DNA of 64,000 nt, taken from assembly GCF_009914755.1 (NCBI RefSeq), contig NC_060936.1; one strand, 5' to 3'. Origin of the DNA: the human T2T-CHM13v2.0 reference genome, Homo sapiens. Below, one piece after another: positions 13,421-27,848 of the stretch. The notes below the pieces were generated by a model. It was given only the letters and a program-made list of their open reading frames with translations. It did not search any database and was not told the origin of the DNA. The translations under genes and the position numbers were made by a program. Position 1 is the stretch's first letter. Each line of letters begins with the position of its first letter.

Positions 13421-15105
13421 GTAGTATAAAACACAATCCCAGAGCTAAGCGCTGTATCCCACTAATCACAACATCATCATATTTAAAGACGAGAGCACAG
13501 CTGAGCAGATGTCTTGGGTGTGATCCAGGAACAATGCCAATGGGAGCGAGTAGAATGAGAAAAATGAAAGCTTTAGATGAAATGGCATCCAACCGGGATC
13601 CTGAACATGCTGATTTAGATGTTCCTTTTATTCTAAATTATTTTAAAGAACTAAAAAACTAAGCAAATTTTAGCTTTAATGACTTTTCAGTTGATCCTCT
13701 GTAAGAGGTTCAAGTGAATATCTATTTGATATTTTTATACTCAAAATGAAAAACCAATTTCATATATATTTGGCAACAGTTAAGTTTCCCATTAAAATAA
13801 GGATGGTGTGCTCTTGGTTTCTATTTGTCATGATTGTTCTATCTTGGTATTTTTTTCTTTAACCTGAAGATCTTAAATAAAATTTTCATTCAATTAAATA
13901 ATTTGAATTATAGCCATGAAAGGGATAGTATTTGGCAAACAGCTTAAGAGACGTCCTGCCTCTCATCACCTTCTGGATTTTAATTAGGCAAATATATATT
14001 AGGTTCTGTGTCAGAGCACTCTGCCCAAAAGATAAAGCTGCACCATTAAAATCAAAAGGAACAAACGTCAGAACACTGAGACACTGGGGTTTCTAATAAG
14101 AAAAACTTCATTAAGGGAATGGTGCTTTTTACCTCATTCTATTTTTATTCCCTGTCACAGGAAATGATGAGAATCTCAGTTTTTTCAAAGACAGAAAACA
14201 AAGGTGTTCACAAATGAATGGCATTTATGTATATGACACTTTATCTTCAGTGGACAGTTTGATCAAGTTACCAGCTTATGGTCTTTGAAATACTAATGAG
14301 ATTTTTCCATACAGAGGCAAGCAGTCTTTTTATTTTTTCCCTATGAACAACAAAAAAAGTTTCATTTATCAAAGTATTTGCCCCATGTGCTTACCTTTTT
14401 GAGTTTGTTTTGGTTTTCATTACAAATATGGCATATACCACTTTTAGCATTCAACAATTAAATCAATGGTTGGGAACCTTTTGGGAAGGACATGCCAAGT
14501 CTTCCTTTATCCTCTCTGATGTAAGAGTTTGTGAGCCATCAGTGTAGCTTATGATTAGGATGTCTATTTATAAAATGTAAATATTTCATATAAGCAGATA
14601 TGATTTAATATGTTTATGAAGGTTTTTTTAATTAAATGGGAATACAGACAGTGCATATGATCCTTGACTTTGCTTTTCTTTGTAAAAATTTCAGGAGAAA
14701 AATCACCTCTTGTGGGGGTCCTGATAAGTCATATTTTTTACTCTGTTATTCCTGGGGCAGCTGTTGGGAACAGAAGATTTTAAGAGGGAGCATCGTTCTG
14801 GTTTGCTGGAAGCAGGGACTGTTTTATTTCATTTTTGCAACCTGTGTACTAGGTATATAAGGGATATTCGATGATGGCTGTTTAAATAAATACAACTAGC
14901 TTGGAAATATATTTTCCAGATATGGTTGTATTAAGGTATAGTTGCACTGAATTATAGTTTTCTCCCAATTTGCTGTGTATCTTTGCAACCCCTCTTCCAT
15001 AGAAATATAACTGAAGCCAACTATCATGTCTACATTTCACAAAACAGCCTTAATCCAACCCAATATCTGATAAACTGCCAAAGCCCATGGATATGTCTCT
15101 AATTA

Positions 15106-15449
<344 letters not shown>

Positions 15450-16921
15450 TCACCCTGAAAATATACCATAACTCTCAAATGTCTAGTACTTAGAAAATTC
15501 CAAACATATAATAAGTACTCAATAAAGATGACTTAAAAGAGACATATCTATTCTTTGAGATATACTAAATTTTATTTATTCATCGAAACTGATAAGTAAA
15601 AAAAGTTTTCATGGCTTCAGTCCCAATGGCAGGAAAACTGCAACCCTTAAAAATCTTGAGTATTATTGTTTCCGCTACACATTCCTATTGATTTTATTTT
15701 ATCTTGTTTTTTATTCTTTTCATATTCATATTACTTCAAAAACAATTGTAAGAAGATTATTTTATACTTTGTATATTGTATATACATTTTGTAACATACC
15801 TCATATCCTATGGGGGATAAAGATGCCATAAATATGTCTGTAGAATTTATTTTTTTTTGCTACTCTTCTACATAGTACAGTGCCTAGCCCATAAGTGTTC
15901 AATAAATGATTTGTAATAGAACTGAACTAATTGAGCAACTACCATGGATGATGGAAATGCTCATTTGGAGGCTACAATAAATAAATGAGGGTCAGAGTTT
16001 GGAAACACTTGCATTAGGTATGATCCAATAGTGAAAACAGACAGGTAGGAGTAACTTCATTAGTTGTACCATCTCATTTTGAACTGATATGAGGGAAATA
16101 ATATATGAAGTTAGCCATATCTTGCTTCAGAAGCAAAGGAAAGTTTTAATTTAAAAGTCCACTTTTGTTTAGGAGACAAAAGTAAGTTAATTAATTCATG
16201 AATTCTAGAGGAACAAATTAAGCATTTGAACAAGTTAAGCATCTGTGATATTATAAAATATTCTGGCAAAATTTTTGTTTGGCTGTGAGCTTTTGTATAC
16301 TGAAATATGATGTGTATTTTATATATAACAGTTTAATTTTGTGTCATAAATTCTAATTATATCAGGCATGACCCATTAATAAAAACAAAATTTTAAAAGG
16401 GGGAATCTTTCAGCTTTGAAACCATCTCACAGGATCTATAGCTATGTCAAGGAAGGTTCCAAGTCAATACTGTATAAGATTTTCTTGTGTAATTCTTTAT
16501 ATGTTCCAATTTTCTATTGATAATTTCAGGAAAAAAGTCTTTAAACTAAAAATATATAGCCTTTCTACAATATAACTATGTCTAGAATATAAACCAGATA
16601 AATTCTTAATTATTTCCAAATATTTATAAATAAATTGATATATGTGGTCATCCTACTTAATTTAAGGTTAATATTTTGAGGCACAGTCAAAGAAGGTAGG
16701 AAAGTCTTAGTTTGTCAGAATCCCAGGATTCACTTGATAAACATCAGAACTATTTCACTTAGTGGTACAAAGCCATTATAAAGGCAAAATAAAGAGTCCA
16801 CTTGAGACTCTTTCAACTTTTACAAAGTAATTAAGTAGTTTCTAAAGCTTTATTTTATCTCCCAGTCTCTTAGCAGGAACAGAATTAGGATTAGTGCCCA
16901 TCATCTTCTTCCTATGGAGAA

Positions 16922-17040
16922 TGATTGTTCAAATGGTTAGAGTGTGATGCTACTGAGGACCCTATCACTGGTTTGAGTATTCCTTGAGTTAGCTGGATTT
17001 GCTCCAAAATAACTAGTCACAGTTGGTCCCCATCTAGAAA
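16922..17040 (+). mobile_element. tRNA-derived ancient SINE (MamSINE1-like), second copy
   Basis: TTCAAATGGTTAGAGTGTGATGCTACTGAGG (A-box-like), GGTTTGAGT (B-box-like), then AGTTAGCT...GTCACAG. Confidence 0.45.
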
Positions 17041-17439
17041 CATAGATTCCTGTCGTAAAAGCCTTAGAATCATATAACAAAACTTAAAATAATATTACTT
17101 TATGCTGTAATAAACAATTGCCATCAAATGATTCACTTCATCACATAAAATTTTTATGTATTTTGCAGATGACATTAAGGCTTGCAGGTTAAGTAAACTG
17201 ACAGATGTTACAAGCTAGTGTCACAACCAGGATTTCCACCAAGTCTGTAAAATCCAAAGGCTATGAAATTAAGCTTTATGCCAGTGTTTCTCCTACTTAA
17301 AAGTTTGCAGATACATTCTCAGGGGTTTGAGAATTCTATTTAAGTAAACAATGCATGGCTGGCGTTAGTTCAGCATTTTCTCATGAAAGAAGCAATAATT
17401 GGCCCATATCTAACATTGTATTAAAGAATTATTTTGCCT

Positions 17440-19470
17440 CCATTTTTTTAGTATTCATTGATCAGAATGTCCAGTCACTCTGATAGGCACTGGGGACAGA
17501 CCAGAAATTAAGCACACAAAAATACTTGTCTCATGCAGTATGCATTTCAGTGATGTAAGACAGACAATAAACTATAAATAAATAAAAATGCATATAATAT
17601 AGTGATGTTATTAGAAAATAAAACAGGGCATTGGGGAAACAAAGAGATCCAAGGGGTTATGGGGTTACATTTTAAAATAGAGTTGTTAATAAAGACCTCA
17701 TTAAGGGGGTGATATGTAATCCAAAAACTGAGTGGGATAATCTAGTGGAGCACGTCTTGAGGTTATCTGGAAATCCAGATTAGGGGCAGTCCTAGTAGAG
17801 AGCGTGAGGCTTCAAGTTGTTGGCTGAAATAGAGGATTAGCAAATAATTTATTGTACAGGTGCAAAATGAGCAAGGTTAAAGTAGTAGGAGAGAGAAGGA
17901 ATGCGGATAGTTTAAGAAGGAATGGGAGCACTTGGAAGGTTTTGAGTAGAGCATTAAAATCATGTGGGATATTTGGAAAAAATTACTCTGACCGCACTTT
18001 CAAAAAAAGAGAGTAAATGTACAAAATAAGAAGCAGTGAGTCAGTCAGGATGCTATAGCAAATGTCCAAGAAAGAGAGGTTTGGCGGCTTGTTGCCATCA
18101 CATGGGAGGTGTTGGTGACTTAGAAGAGAATGAGAATGATGAGATGGTGGCTAGAATCTGGATATATTTTAAGGGTAGAGCAAAGAGGATTTTTGGTAGT
18201 GAGCGGTGAAGCCAGCTGGGCTTCTGGGTCAGGTGGGGACTTGGAGAACTTTTCTGTCTAGCTAAAGGATTGTAAATGCACCATTCGCACTCTGTAAAAA
18301 TGCACCAATCAGCGCTCTGTGTCTAGCTAAAGGATTGTGAATGCACCAATCAGTGCTCTGTAAAATGGACCAATCAGTGCTCTGTAAAAAGGACCAATCA
18401 GCACTCTGTAAAATGGACCAATCAGCAGAATGTGGTTGGGGCCAAATAAGGGAATAAAAGCTGCCCACCAAGCCAGCAGCGGCAACCTGCTCAGGTCTGC
18501 TTCCACCCTGTGGAAGCTTTGTTCTTTCCCTCTTCACAATAAATGTTGCTGCTCATTCTTTGGGTCTGCACTAACTTTATGAGCTGTAACACTCACTGTG
18601 AAGGTCTGTGGCTTCACTCCTGAAGTAAGCAAGACCACAAACCCACCGAAAGGAAGAAACTCTGGACACATCTGAACATCTGAAGGAACAAACTCTGGCC
18701 ACACCATCTTTAAGAACTGTAACACTCACTGCGAGGGTCCATGGCTTCATTCTTGAAGTCAGTGAGACCAAGAACCCACCAGAAGAAACCAATTCCAGAC
18801 ACAGTAGGAGGGTGTGTATTGAATGCATGGCTAAAGATGTCTCCAAGTTTTAACGCCTAAGAACTTAAGAGTAAGTTACAATTTATGAGATGAGGAAATC
18901 TTTGTGAAAATAGAGTTTGGGAAAGGAAGAAAGAAATTTACAGATTTAAAGATGTTTTTGTTTGTCATTGATATGTTAAGTTTGGAATGCCTATTAGTCA
19001 TCCAAGTGGAATTATTAGTGAAGTTCAATATACGAGCCTGAAAGAGATGTGGGCTGGAGATGTAACTTTGGAAGCTAATAGCATAAATATGGATATATGG
19101 GCATGAATATGCAAGAAAGAGAATGATACACTGAATAATGAGTATAGATAGGAATGAGTTAGGAGCACTTAGCCATACACCTCTAATTTTAGAGGTCAGG
19201 GAAATTAGAAGAAATCAGCAAAGGAAAGGAAAGAAAAGGAAAATGAAGAAGCAACAAGAGAAATGGAAGAAAAGCTAGAAAGTATTGTATACTGAAAGCC
19301 AAACAACGTTTCAATGGTAATCAAATGTGTCTGACGCTGCTGGTTGTTAAATATGAGGAAGACTAACAACTAAGCCTTGGATTAGCAACTTGGGGTCACC
19401 AGTCATCTCACTAAGCAGTTTGAATCAAGAGGTGGCCTCCAAGCCTAACAGGAAGACATTATAGAGAGCA
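17440..19470 (-). mobile_element. L2a, split by LTR12
   Basis: L2 antisense motifs (AGGCACTGGGGA, AGACAGACAATAAAC, TCTGGATATATTTTAAGGGTAGAG, GTCATCCAAGTGGA) continue on both sides of the LTR12. Confidence 0.75.
18200..18803 (+). mobile_element. LTR12 (ERV9) solo LTR, short LTR12/LTR12F type
   Basis: TG...CA ends, five ACCAATCAG repeats, repeated CTGTAACACTCAC blocks, perfect 4-bp TSD GTAG. Confidence 0.93.
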
Positions 19471-20014
19471 ATATTTTATTTCTTAATTAAGTTAATAAAA
19501 TGAGAATGTGATTTGTTATCGCGGCAGTATTGTGTGTGGTGTATTTTTATTTGCTTCAAGGAACAATTTTTCATTATGTAGCAACTTTAAAATTTTGCAG
19601 TTACATTTTAGGGCACACTATTTGATTGATGGACCCATCTAAATAGTAATTATTAGATTTAAAAATTATTCATTACACAAAAGAAACACTAAAGCAGTGG
19701 TCATTTTACTTTTATAGATTTGTTCATTTTTAATTTGTAAATCCATTTAGTTTCATTGTTTTTATTAAATTTGTAAGCATAAGGAGTTTATAGCTAGTAG
19801 GTTTGATCATATTTATTTGAAATCACAACAAAAGAAAGTTAAATCAACATGATGGAGTATCAGAAAATTGTTTTTCCTAAGAAGAAAGCTGGACGTTGTT
19901 CAATAATAACAAACTACACCATACTACACTGTATCCTAGCAGGCATCAATCAAGGTTGGAAGGAAAGGAAACTATTATTATCGTCAACTATAAAATATCA
20001 TAGGTTTATGTGAG

Positions 20015-20641
20015 TGAAGGGTAGCAGAATACGCCACCCCAATATACACCGCTTTGGCATAGGTATATTTTGAGCTAAATGTAATTTAAAAACTGAAACA
20101 AAAACAAAACACCAGATGTAGAAAGGACACTCTGACACTCTGTTTCTCTTCCTAAAAGCAGAAGATGGAAGATGTCTTAGGTATATCAGGAAAAAAAGTA
20201 AAATTCTTGTTACCGGGGACACGAAGTTGAGATCAAGAGAATCCTGTACAAACAGACCTCCTCAAAAGAATTCATATTTTTTAAGTTGTTTCTTATTTGC
20301 ATAAACTTATGGAGTACAAGTGTAATTTCATTACATGGATAGATTGCACAGTGATGGCCAGGGCTTCTTTTATTGCATTAGCCTGTCCAAATAGTTCAGT
20401 TACTTTTTTACAATTGTCTGTCTTTGTTCGAACTAAACATTCAGGTTCGAGAAAAACATTCATGTTTTTTGTCACTTCGTTTTGGGTCATTATTTCCATA
20501 TGAGGATTCCTGTGCCTCATCAAGCTTACATTGAATATATTTGTTTGCTTTTTTCCTGCTAAGCTGTTTTACGTTACTTTAATTCTTAGGCTCTGACAAA
20601 AATGCATAAGAAGGTAGAAGTAAAATTTAGCCTCCCTGACA
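20015..20641 (+). mobile_element. MER34-family ERV1 LTR with a short L1MA 3' fragment (~20275-20370, minus strand) inside
   Basis: TGAAGGGTAGCAGAATACGCCACCCCAA...CTTTGGCATA...TTTTGAGCT start and CCTCCCTGACA end; flanks TGAG/TGAA. Confidence 0.75.
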
Positions 20642-21345
20642 TGAATAACAAGTTTATAGAACATTGTTTGACATATAAGTGTAATTTAAGTGTTTGCTAT
20701 TGTTATTACTGAAAATATGGGAGATACTGAGTATTTGGAAAACTGCAAAAATTATTTTGCATTTAATTGTATAATAATATAATCCTAGTTCCATAAGAAA
20801 CTTTCACTTCTTATGATTTTGTATACCATCCTCAGTTAGAAACAAAGTAAAAAATTAGATACTGAAAAAAAATTGTGAAATATAACAGATCCTGAAATTA
20901 TTTTACAAAGACGATGTATAGTATTCTAAGTTTGGGGCTCTTGGCATCTTAATTTTGATTTTAATTTTAGCTATTAAGGTTAATAATTGCATCACAAGTT
21001 TTTAAGGTTGTCTTAGTGGTTTGTGCCTCATATTTCATGCCATTATATGAAAATATCATGTTTGTGTGCCTTCAACTGAAAGAAGTTGGCATCTATTAAC
21101 AAAATATATATATATGAGATTCATCTTTTCTTTTTATTGTTATTATTCTTTAAGTTATGGGGTACAGGTGCACAACATGCAGGTTTGTTACATAGGTATA
21201 CATGTGCCATGTTGTTTTGCTGCACCCATCGACTCGTCATTTACATTAGGTATTTCTCCTAATGCTATCCCTCCCCCAGCCCCCCACCCCCTGACAGGCT
21301 CTAGTGTGTGATGTTCCCTGCCCTGTGTCCATGTGTTCTCATTGT

Positions 21346-24300
21346 TTAACTCACACTTATGAGTGAGAACATGCAGTGTTTGGTTTTCTCTTCTTGTGTT
21401 ACTTTGATGAGAATGATGCTTTCCAGTTTCATCCTTGTCCCTGCAAAGGACATGAACTCATCCTTTTATATGGCTGCATAGTGTTCCATGGTGTATATGT
21501 GCCACATTTTCTTTATCCAGTCTATCATTAATGGACATTTGGGTTGGTTCCAAGTCTTTGCTATTGTGAACAGTGCTGCAATAAACATACATGTGCATGT
21601 GTCTTTATAGTAGAATGATTTATAAACCTTTGGGTATATACCCAGGAATGGGATTGCTGGGTCAAATGGTATTTCTGGTTCTAGATCCTTGAGGAATTGC
21701 CCCACTGTCTTCTATAATGGTTGAACTAATTTACACTCCCACCAACAGTGTGAAAGCATTCCTATGTCTCCTCAGCCTTTCCAGCATCTGTTGTTTCCTG
21801 ACTTTTTAATGATTGCCATTCTAACTGGTGTGAGATGGTATCTCATAGTGGTTTTGATTTGCATTTCTCTAATGACCAGTGATGATGAGCATTTTTCCAT
21901 AAGTTTGTTGGCGGTATAAATGTCTTCTTTTGAGAAGTGTCTGTTCATATAATTCGCCCATTTTTTGGTGGGGTTGTTTTTTTCTTGTAAATTTGTTTAA
22001 GTTCTTTATAGAATCTGGATGTTAGCCCTTTGTCAGATGGATAGATGCATAGATTGCAAAAATTTTCTCCCATTCTGTAGGTTGCCTCTGATGATAGGTT
22101 CACTCTGATGATAGTTTCTTTTGCTGTGCAGAAGCTCTTTAGTTTAATTAGATCCCATTTGTCAATTTTGGCTTTTGTTGCTATTGCTTTCGGTGTTTTA
22201 GTCATGAAGTCTTTGTCCATGCATATGTCCTGAATGTTATTGCCTAGATTTTCTTCCAGAGTTTTTATTGTTTTAGGTCTTACATTTAAGTCTTTAATAC
22301 ATCTTGAGTTAATTTTTGTATAAAGTGTAAGGAAGAGATGCAGTTTCAGCTTTGTGCACATGGCTAGACAGTTTTCCCAGCACCATTTATTAAATAGGGA
22401 ATGATTTCCCCATTGCTTGTTTGTGTCAGGTTTATCAAAGATCAGTTGGTTGTAGATATGTGGTGTTATTTCTAAGCCTATGTTCTCTTCCATTGGTCTA
22501 TATATCTGTTTTTGTACCAGTACCATGCTGTTTTGGTTACTGTAGCCTTGGAGTATAGTTTGAAGTCAGGTAGCGTGATGCCTCCAGCTTTGTTCCTTTT
22601 GCTTAGGATTGTCTTGGATATGTGGGCTCTTTTTTGATTCCATATTTAATTGAAAGTAATTTTTTCTAATTCTGTGAAGAAAGTCAGTGGTGGCTTGATG
22701 GGGATAGCATTGAATCTACAAATTACTTTGGGCAGTATGGCCATTTTCATGATATTGATTCTTTCTATCCATGAGCATGGAATTTTCTTCCATTTGTTTG
22801 TGTCCTCTTTTATTTCCTTAAGCAGTGGTTTGTAGTTTGCCTTGAAGAGGTCCTTCACATCCCTTGTAAGTTGGATTCCTAGGTATTTTATTCTCTTTGT
22901 AGCAATTGTGAATGGAAGTTCACTCATGATTTGGCTCTCTGTTTGTCTGTTATTGGTGTACAGGAATGCTTGTGATTTTTGCACATTGATTTTGTATCCT
23001 GAGACTTTGCTAAAGTTGCTTATCAGTTGAAGGAGATTGGGGCTGAGATGATGGGGTTTTCTAAATATACAATTATGTCATCTGCCAACAGAGACAATTT
23101 CCTCTTTTCCTAATTGAATACCTTTATTTCTTTCTCTTGACTGATTGTCCTGGCCAGAACTTTTAATACTACGTTGAATAGGAGTGGGGAGAGAGGGCAT
23201 CCTTGTCTTGTGCAGGTTTTCAAAGGGAATGCTTCCAGTTTCTGCCCATTCAGTATAATATTGGCTGTGGGTTTGTCATAAATAGCTCTTATTATTTTGA
23301 AATACATTCCATCAATACCTAGTTTATTGAGAGCTTTTAGCATGAAAGGCTGTTGAATTTTGTCAAAGGCCTTTTCTGCATCTATTGAGATAATACTGTG
23401 GTTTTTGTCATTGGTTCTGTTTATGTGATGGATTATGTTTCTTGATTTGTGTACGTTGAACCAGCCTTGCATCCCAGGGATGAAGCCAATTTGATCGTGG
23501 TGGATAAGCTTTTTGATATGCTGCTGGATTCAGTTTGCCAGTATTTTATTGAGGATTTTCACATCGATATTCATCAGTGATATTGGCCTAAAATGTTCTT
23601 TATTCGTTGTGTCTCTGCCAGGTTGTGGTAGCAGGATGATGCTGGTCTCATAAAATAGTTAGGGAGGATTCCCTGTTTTTCTATTCATTGGAATAGTTTC
23701 AGAAGGAATGGTACGAGCTCCTCTTTGTACCTCTGGTAGAATTTGGCTGTGAATCCATCTGATCCTGGGCTTTTTTTGGTTAGTAAGTTATTAATTACTG
23801 CCTCAATTTCAGAACCTGTTATTGGTCTATTCAGAGATTCCACTTCTTCTTGGTTTAGTCTTGGGCGGGTGTATGTGTCCAGGAATTTATCCATTTCTTC
23901 TAGATTTCCTAGTTTATTTGCATAGAGGTGTTTATAGTATTCTCTGATGGTAGTTTGTATTTCTGTGGGATCGGTGGTGATATCGCCTTTATCATTTTTT
24001 ATTGCATCTATTTCATTCTTCTCTCTTTTCTTCTCTATTAGTCTGGCTAGCCATCTATCTATTTTTTTTTTTTTTGATCTTTTCAAAAAACCAGCTCCTG
24101 GATTCATTGATTTGACGGGTTTTTTGTTTCTCTATCTCCTTCAGTTCTGCTCTGATCTTAGTTCTATTTCGTGTCTTCTGCTAGCTTTTGAATTCGTTTG
24201 CACTTGCTTCTCTAGTTCCTTTAATTGTGATGTTAGGGTGTCGATTTTAGATCTTTCCTGCTTTTCTCTTGTGGCCATTTAATGCTATAAATTTCCACCT

Positions 24301-25180
24301 ACACACTGCTTCAAATGTGTCCCAGAAATTCTGATACGTTGTGTCTTTGTTCTCATTGGTTTCAAAGAACATCTTTATTTCTGCCTTCATTTCGTTATTT
24401 ATCCCATAGTCATTCTGAAGCAGTTGTTCAGTTTCCATGTAGTTGTGTGGTTTTGAGTGAGTTTCTTAATTCTGAGTTCTAATTTGATTGCACTGTGGTC
24501 TGAGAGAAAATTTGTTGTGATTTCTGTTCTTCTACATTTGCTGAGGAGTATTTTACTTCCAATTGTGTGGTCAACTTCAGATAAGTTGCAATGTGGTGCT
24601 GAGAAGAATGTACATTCTGTTGATTTGGGGTGGAAAGTTCTGTAGATGTCTCTTAGGTCTGCTTGGTCCAGAGCTGAGTTCAAGTCCTGCATACCCTTGT
24701 TAATTTTCTGTTTTGTTGATCTAATATTGACAGTGGGGTGTTTAAGTCTCCCATTATTATTTTGTGGGAGTCCAAGTCTCTTTGTAGGTCTCTAAGAACT
24801 TGCTTTATGAATCTGGGTGTTCCTGTATTGGGTGCATATATATTTAGGATAGTTAGCTCTTCTTGTTGCATTGATCCCTTTACCAGTATGTAATGGCCTT
24901 CTTTGTCGTTTTTGATCTTTGATGGTTTAAAGTCCGTTTTATCAGAGACTAGGATTGCAACCCCTGCTTTTTTTTGCTTTTCATTTTCATGGTAAATATT
25001 TCTCCATCCCTTTATTTTGAGCCTATGTGTGTCTTTGCACATGAGACTGATCTCCTGAGTACAACACACCGATGGGTCTTGATTCTTTATCCAATTTGCC
25101 AGTCTGTGTCTTTTAATTGGGGCATTTAGCCCATTTACATTTAAGGTTAATATTGTTATGTGTGGATTTCATCCTGTCAT
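21346..25180 (-). pseudogene. Disrupted L1 ORF2 (endonuclease / reverse transcriptase)
   Basis: ORF-track pieces carry EN (NIYAPN, GDLNTPL, SDHSAI) and RT ([22 protein letters not shown]) motifs, split by many frameshifts and stops. Confidence 0.9.
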
Positions 25181-25243
25181 TATGATGCTAGCTGCTTATT
25201 TTGCTCGTTAGTTGATGCAGTTTCTTCATAGCTTCAGTGGTCT

Positions 25244-26267
25244 TTACAATTTGGCATATTTTTGCCGTGGCTGGTACTGGTTGTTTCTTTCAATGTTTAG
25301 TGCTTCCTTCCGGAGTTGTTGTAAGGCAGGCATGGTGGTGACAAAATCTGTCAGCATTTGCTTGTCTGTAAAGGTTTTTATTTCTCCTTCACTTATAAAG
25401 CTTAATTTAGCTGGATATGAAACTCTGGGTTGAAAATTCTTTTCTTTAAGAATGTTGAATATTGGCCCCACTCTCTTCTGGCTTGTAGAATGTCTGATGA
25501 GAGATCTGCTGTTAGTCTGATGGGCTTCCCTTCATTGGTAACCTGACCTTTCTCTCTGGCTGCCCTTAACATTTTTTCCTTCATTTCAACCTTGGTGAAT
25601 CTGACGATTATGTGTCCTGGGGTTGCTCTTCTGGAGGAATATCTTTGTGTTGTTCTCTGTATTTCCTAAATTTGAATTTTGGCCTGCCTTGCTAGGTTGG
25701 GGAAGTTCTCCTGGATAATACCCTGAAGCGTGTTTTCCAACATGGTTCCATTCTCCCCATCACTTTCAGGTATACCAATCAAACATAGATTTGGTCTTTT
25801 CACATAGCCCCATATTTCTTGGAGGCTTTGTTCGTTTCTTTTCACTCTTTTTTCTCTAATCTTGTCTTCTTGCTTTATTTCATTAAGTTGATCTTCAATC
25901 ACTGATATCCTTTCTTTTGCTTGATGGATTTGGCTATTGAAACTTGTTTATGCTTCACAAAGATGTCATGCTGTTTTTTCAGCTCCATCGGGTCATTTTT
26001 GTTCTTCCCTACACTGGTTATTCTAGTTAGTAATTTGTCTAACTTTTTTTCAAGGTTCTTAGCTTCTTTGCATTGGGTTAGAACATGATCCTTTAGCTCA
26101 GAGGAGTTTGTTATTACCCACCTTCTGAAGCCTATTTCTGTCAATTCGTCAAACTCATTCTCCATCAAGTTTTGCTCCCTTGCTGGCGAGGAGTTGTGAT
26201 ACTTTGGAGGAAAAGAAGCATTCTGGTTTTTGGAATTTTCAGCTTTTCTGCGCTGGTTTCTACCCAT
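25244..26267 (-). pseudogene. Disrupted L1 ORF1
   Basis: At least four ORF1 fragments in different frames (25899-26267, 25666-25902, 25402-25584, 25244-25471). Confidence 0.9.
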
Positions 26268-27493
26268 CCTTGTGGTTTTATCTACCTTTGGTCTTTGATG
26301 TTGGTGACCTACAGAAGGGGTTTTGGTGTGGACGTGCTTTTTGTTGATGTTGATGCTATTCCTTTCTGTTTGTTAGTTTTCCTTCTAACAGTAAGGCCCC
26401 TCAGCTGCAGGTCTGTTGGAATTTGCTGGAGGTCCACTCCCGACCCTGTTTGCCTGGGTATCACCAGCGGAGGCTGCAGAACAGAAAGTATTGCTGCCTG
26501 ATCCTTCCTCTGGAAGCTTCGTCCCAGAGGGAACCACCAGATGCCAGCCAGAGCTCTCCTGTATGAGGTGTCTGTTGGCACCTACTAGGAGGTGTGTCCC
26601 AGTCAGGCTACACGGGGGTTAGGAACCCACTTGAGGAGGCAGTCTGTCCATTATCAGAGCTCGAAATCTGTGCTGGGGGAGCCACTGCTCTCTTCAGAGC
26701 TGCCAGGCAGGGACGTTTAAGTCTGCTGATGCTGTGCCCACAGCTGCCCCTTCCCCCAGGTGATCTGTCCCAGGGAGATGGGGGTTTTATCTATAAGTCC
26801 CTGACTGGGGCTTCTGCCTTTTGTTTAGAGATGCCCTACCCACAGAAGTGGAATCTAGAGAGGCAGTTGGACTTGCTGAGCTGTGGTGGCCTCTGCCCAG
26901 TTAGAGCTTCCCGGAGGCTTTGTTTACACTGTTAGCGTAAAACTGCCTACTCAAGCTTCAGCAATGGTGGATGCCCCTCCCCGCAACAAGCTCTAGCATC
27001 CCAGGTTGATCTCAGACTGCTGTGCTAGCAGCGAGAATTTCAAGCCAATGGATCTTAGCTTGCTGGGCTCCATGGGCATGGGAACTGCCGAACCAAGCAC
27101 CAGAGGGAATCTCCTGGTCTGCTCATTGCGAAGACCATGAGAAAAGCACAGTATCTGGGCAGGAGTGTACAGTTCCTCCAAGTACAGTCTCTCATGGCTT
27201 CCCTTGGCTAAGAAAGGGAAATCTCCCAACCCCTTATGCTTCCTGGATGAGGTGACACCCTGCCCTGCTTTGGCTTGCCGTCTGTGAGCTGCACCCACTG
27301 TCCAATCATTCCCAATGAGATGAACCAGGCACCTCAGTTGGAAATGCAGAAATTACCTGCCTTCTGCATCAATCTCACCAGGAGCTGCAGACCGAGCTGT
27401 TCCTATTTGGCCATCTTGCTGGAAATCCCTGAGATTTATATAATTTATATGTACATATATAATGCATGTATATGTATTATATATGTCATATGC

Positions 27494-27848
27494 TGATATG
27501 GTTTTGCTGTGTCCCCACTCAAAGCTCAACCTGAATTGTATCTCTCAGCATACCCACATTTTGTGGGAGGGACCCATGGGAAGGTAGTTGAATCATGGGG
27601 GCCAGTCTTTCCCATGCTATTCTCACGATAGTAAAAAGGTCTCACAAGATCTGATGGGTTTATCAGTGGTTTCCACTTTTGCTTCTTCCTAATTTTTCTC
27701 TTGCTGCTTCCATGTAAGAAGTGCCTTTCACCTCCCACCATGATTCTGAAGCCTCCCCAGCCATGTGAAACTGTAAGTCCAATTAAACCTCTTTTTCTTC
27801 CCAGTCTTGGTTATGTCTTTATCAGCAGCATGAAAATGGAGTAATACA
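27494..27848 (+). mobile_element. THE1A solo LTR
   Basis: TGATATGG...TAATACA; THE1A-type GGTTTATCAGTGGTTTCCACTTTTGCTTCTTCC; TSD TATGC/TATAC. Confidence 0.88.

Larger units (their letters stand above)
21122..27429 (-). mobile_element. Full-length (~6.3 kb) L1PA7-like LINE-1, inactive
   Basis: 5'UTR, ORF1 (MGRNQRRKAENSKNQNAS...), ORF2 EN/RT/C-terminal fragments and 3'UTR are all present and collinear; residual TSD TGAGATT at 21115-21121 and 27430-27436. Confidence 0.95.

Noticed and set aside
14135-14230. Possible splice acceptor and exon (TTTTTATTCCCTGTCACAG|G)
   Set aside because: There is no convincing paired donor or ORF, and such acceptors are common by chance in AT-rich DNA.
16922-17000. 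tRNA gene
   Set aside because: Only decayed A/B boxes are present, with no convincing cloverleaf; it is better explained as a SINE head.
21346-26267. Reverse transcriptase/endonuclease ORFs as an active or novel system
   Set aside because: They are ordinary L1PA7 ORF1/ORF2 pieces broken by many stops and frameshifts.
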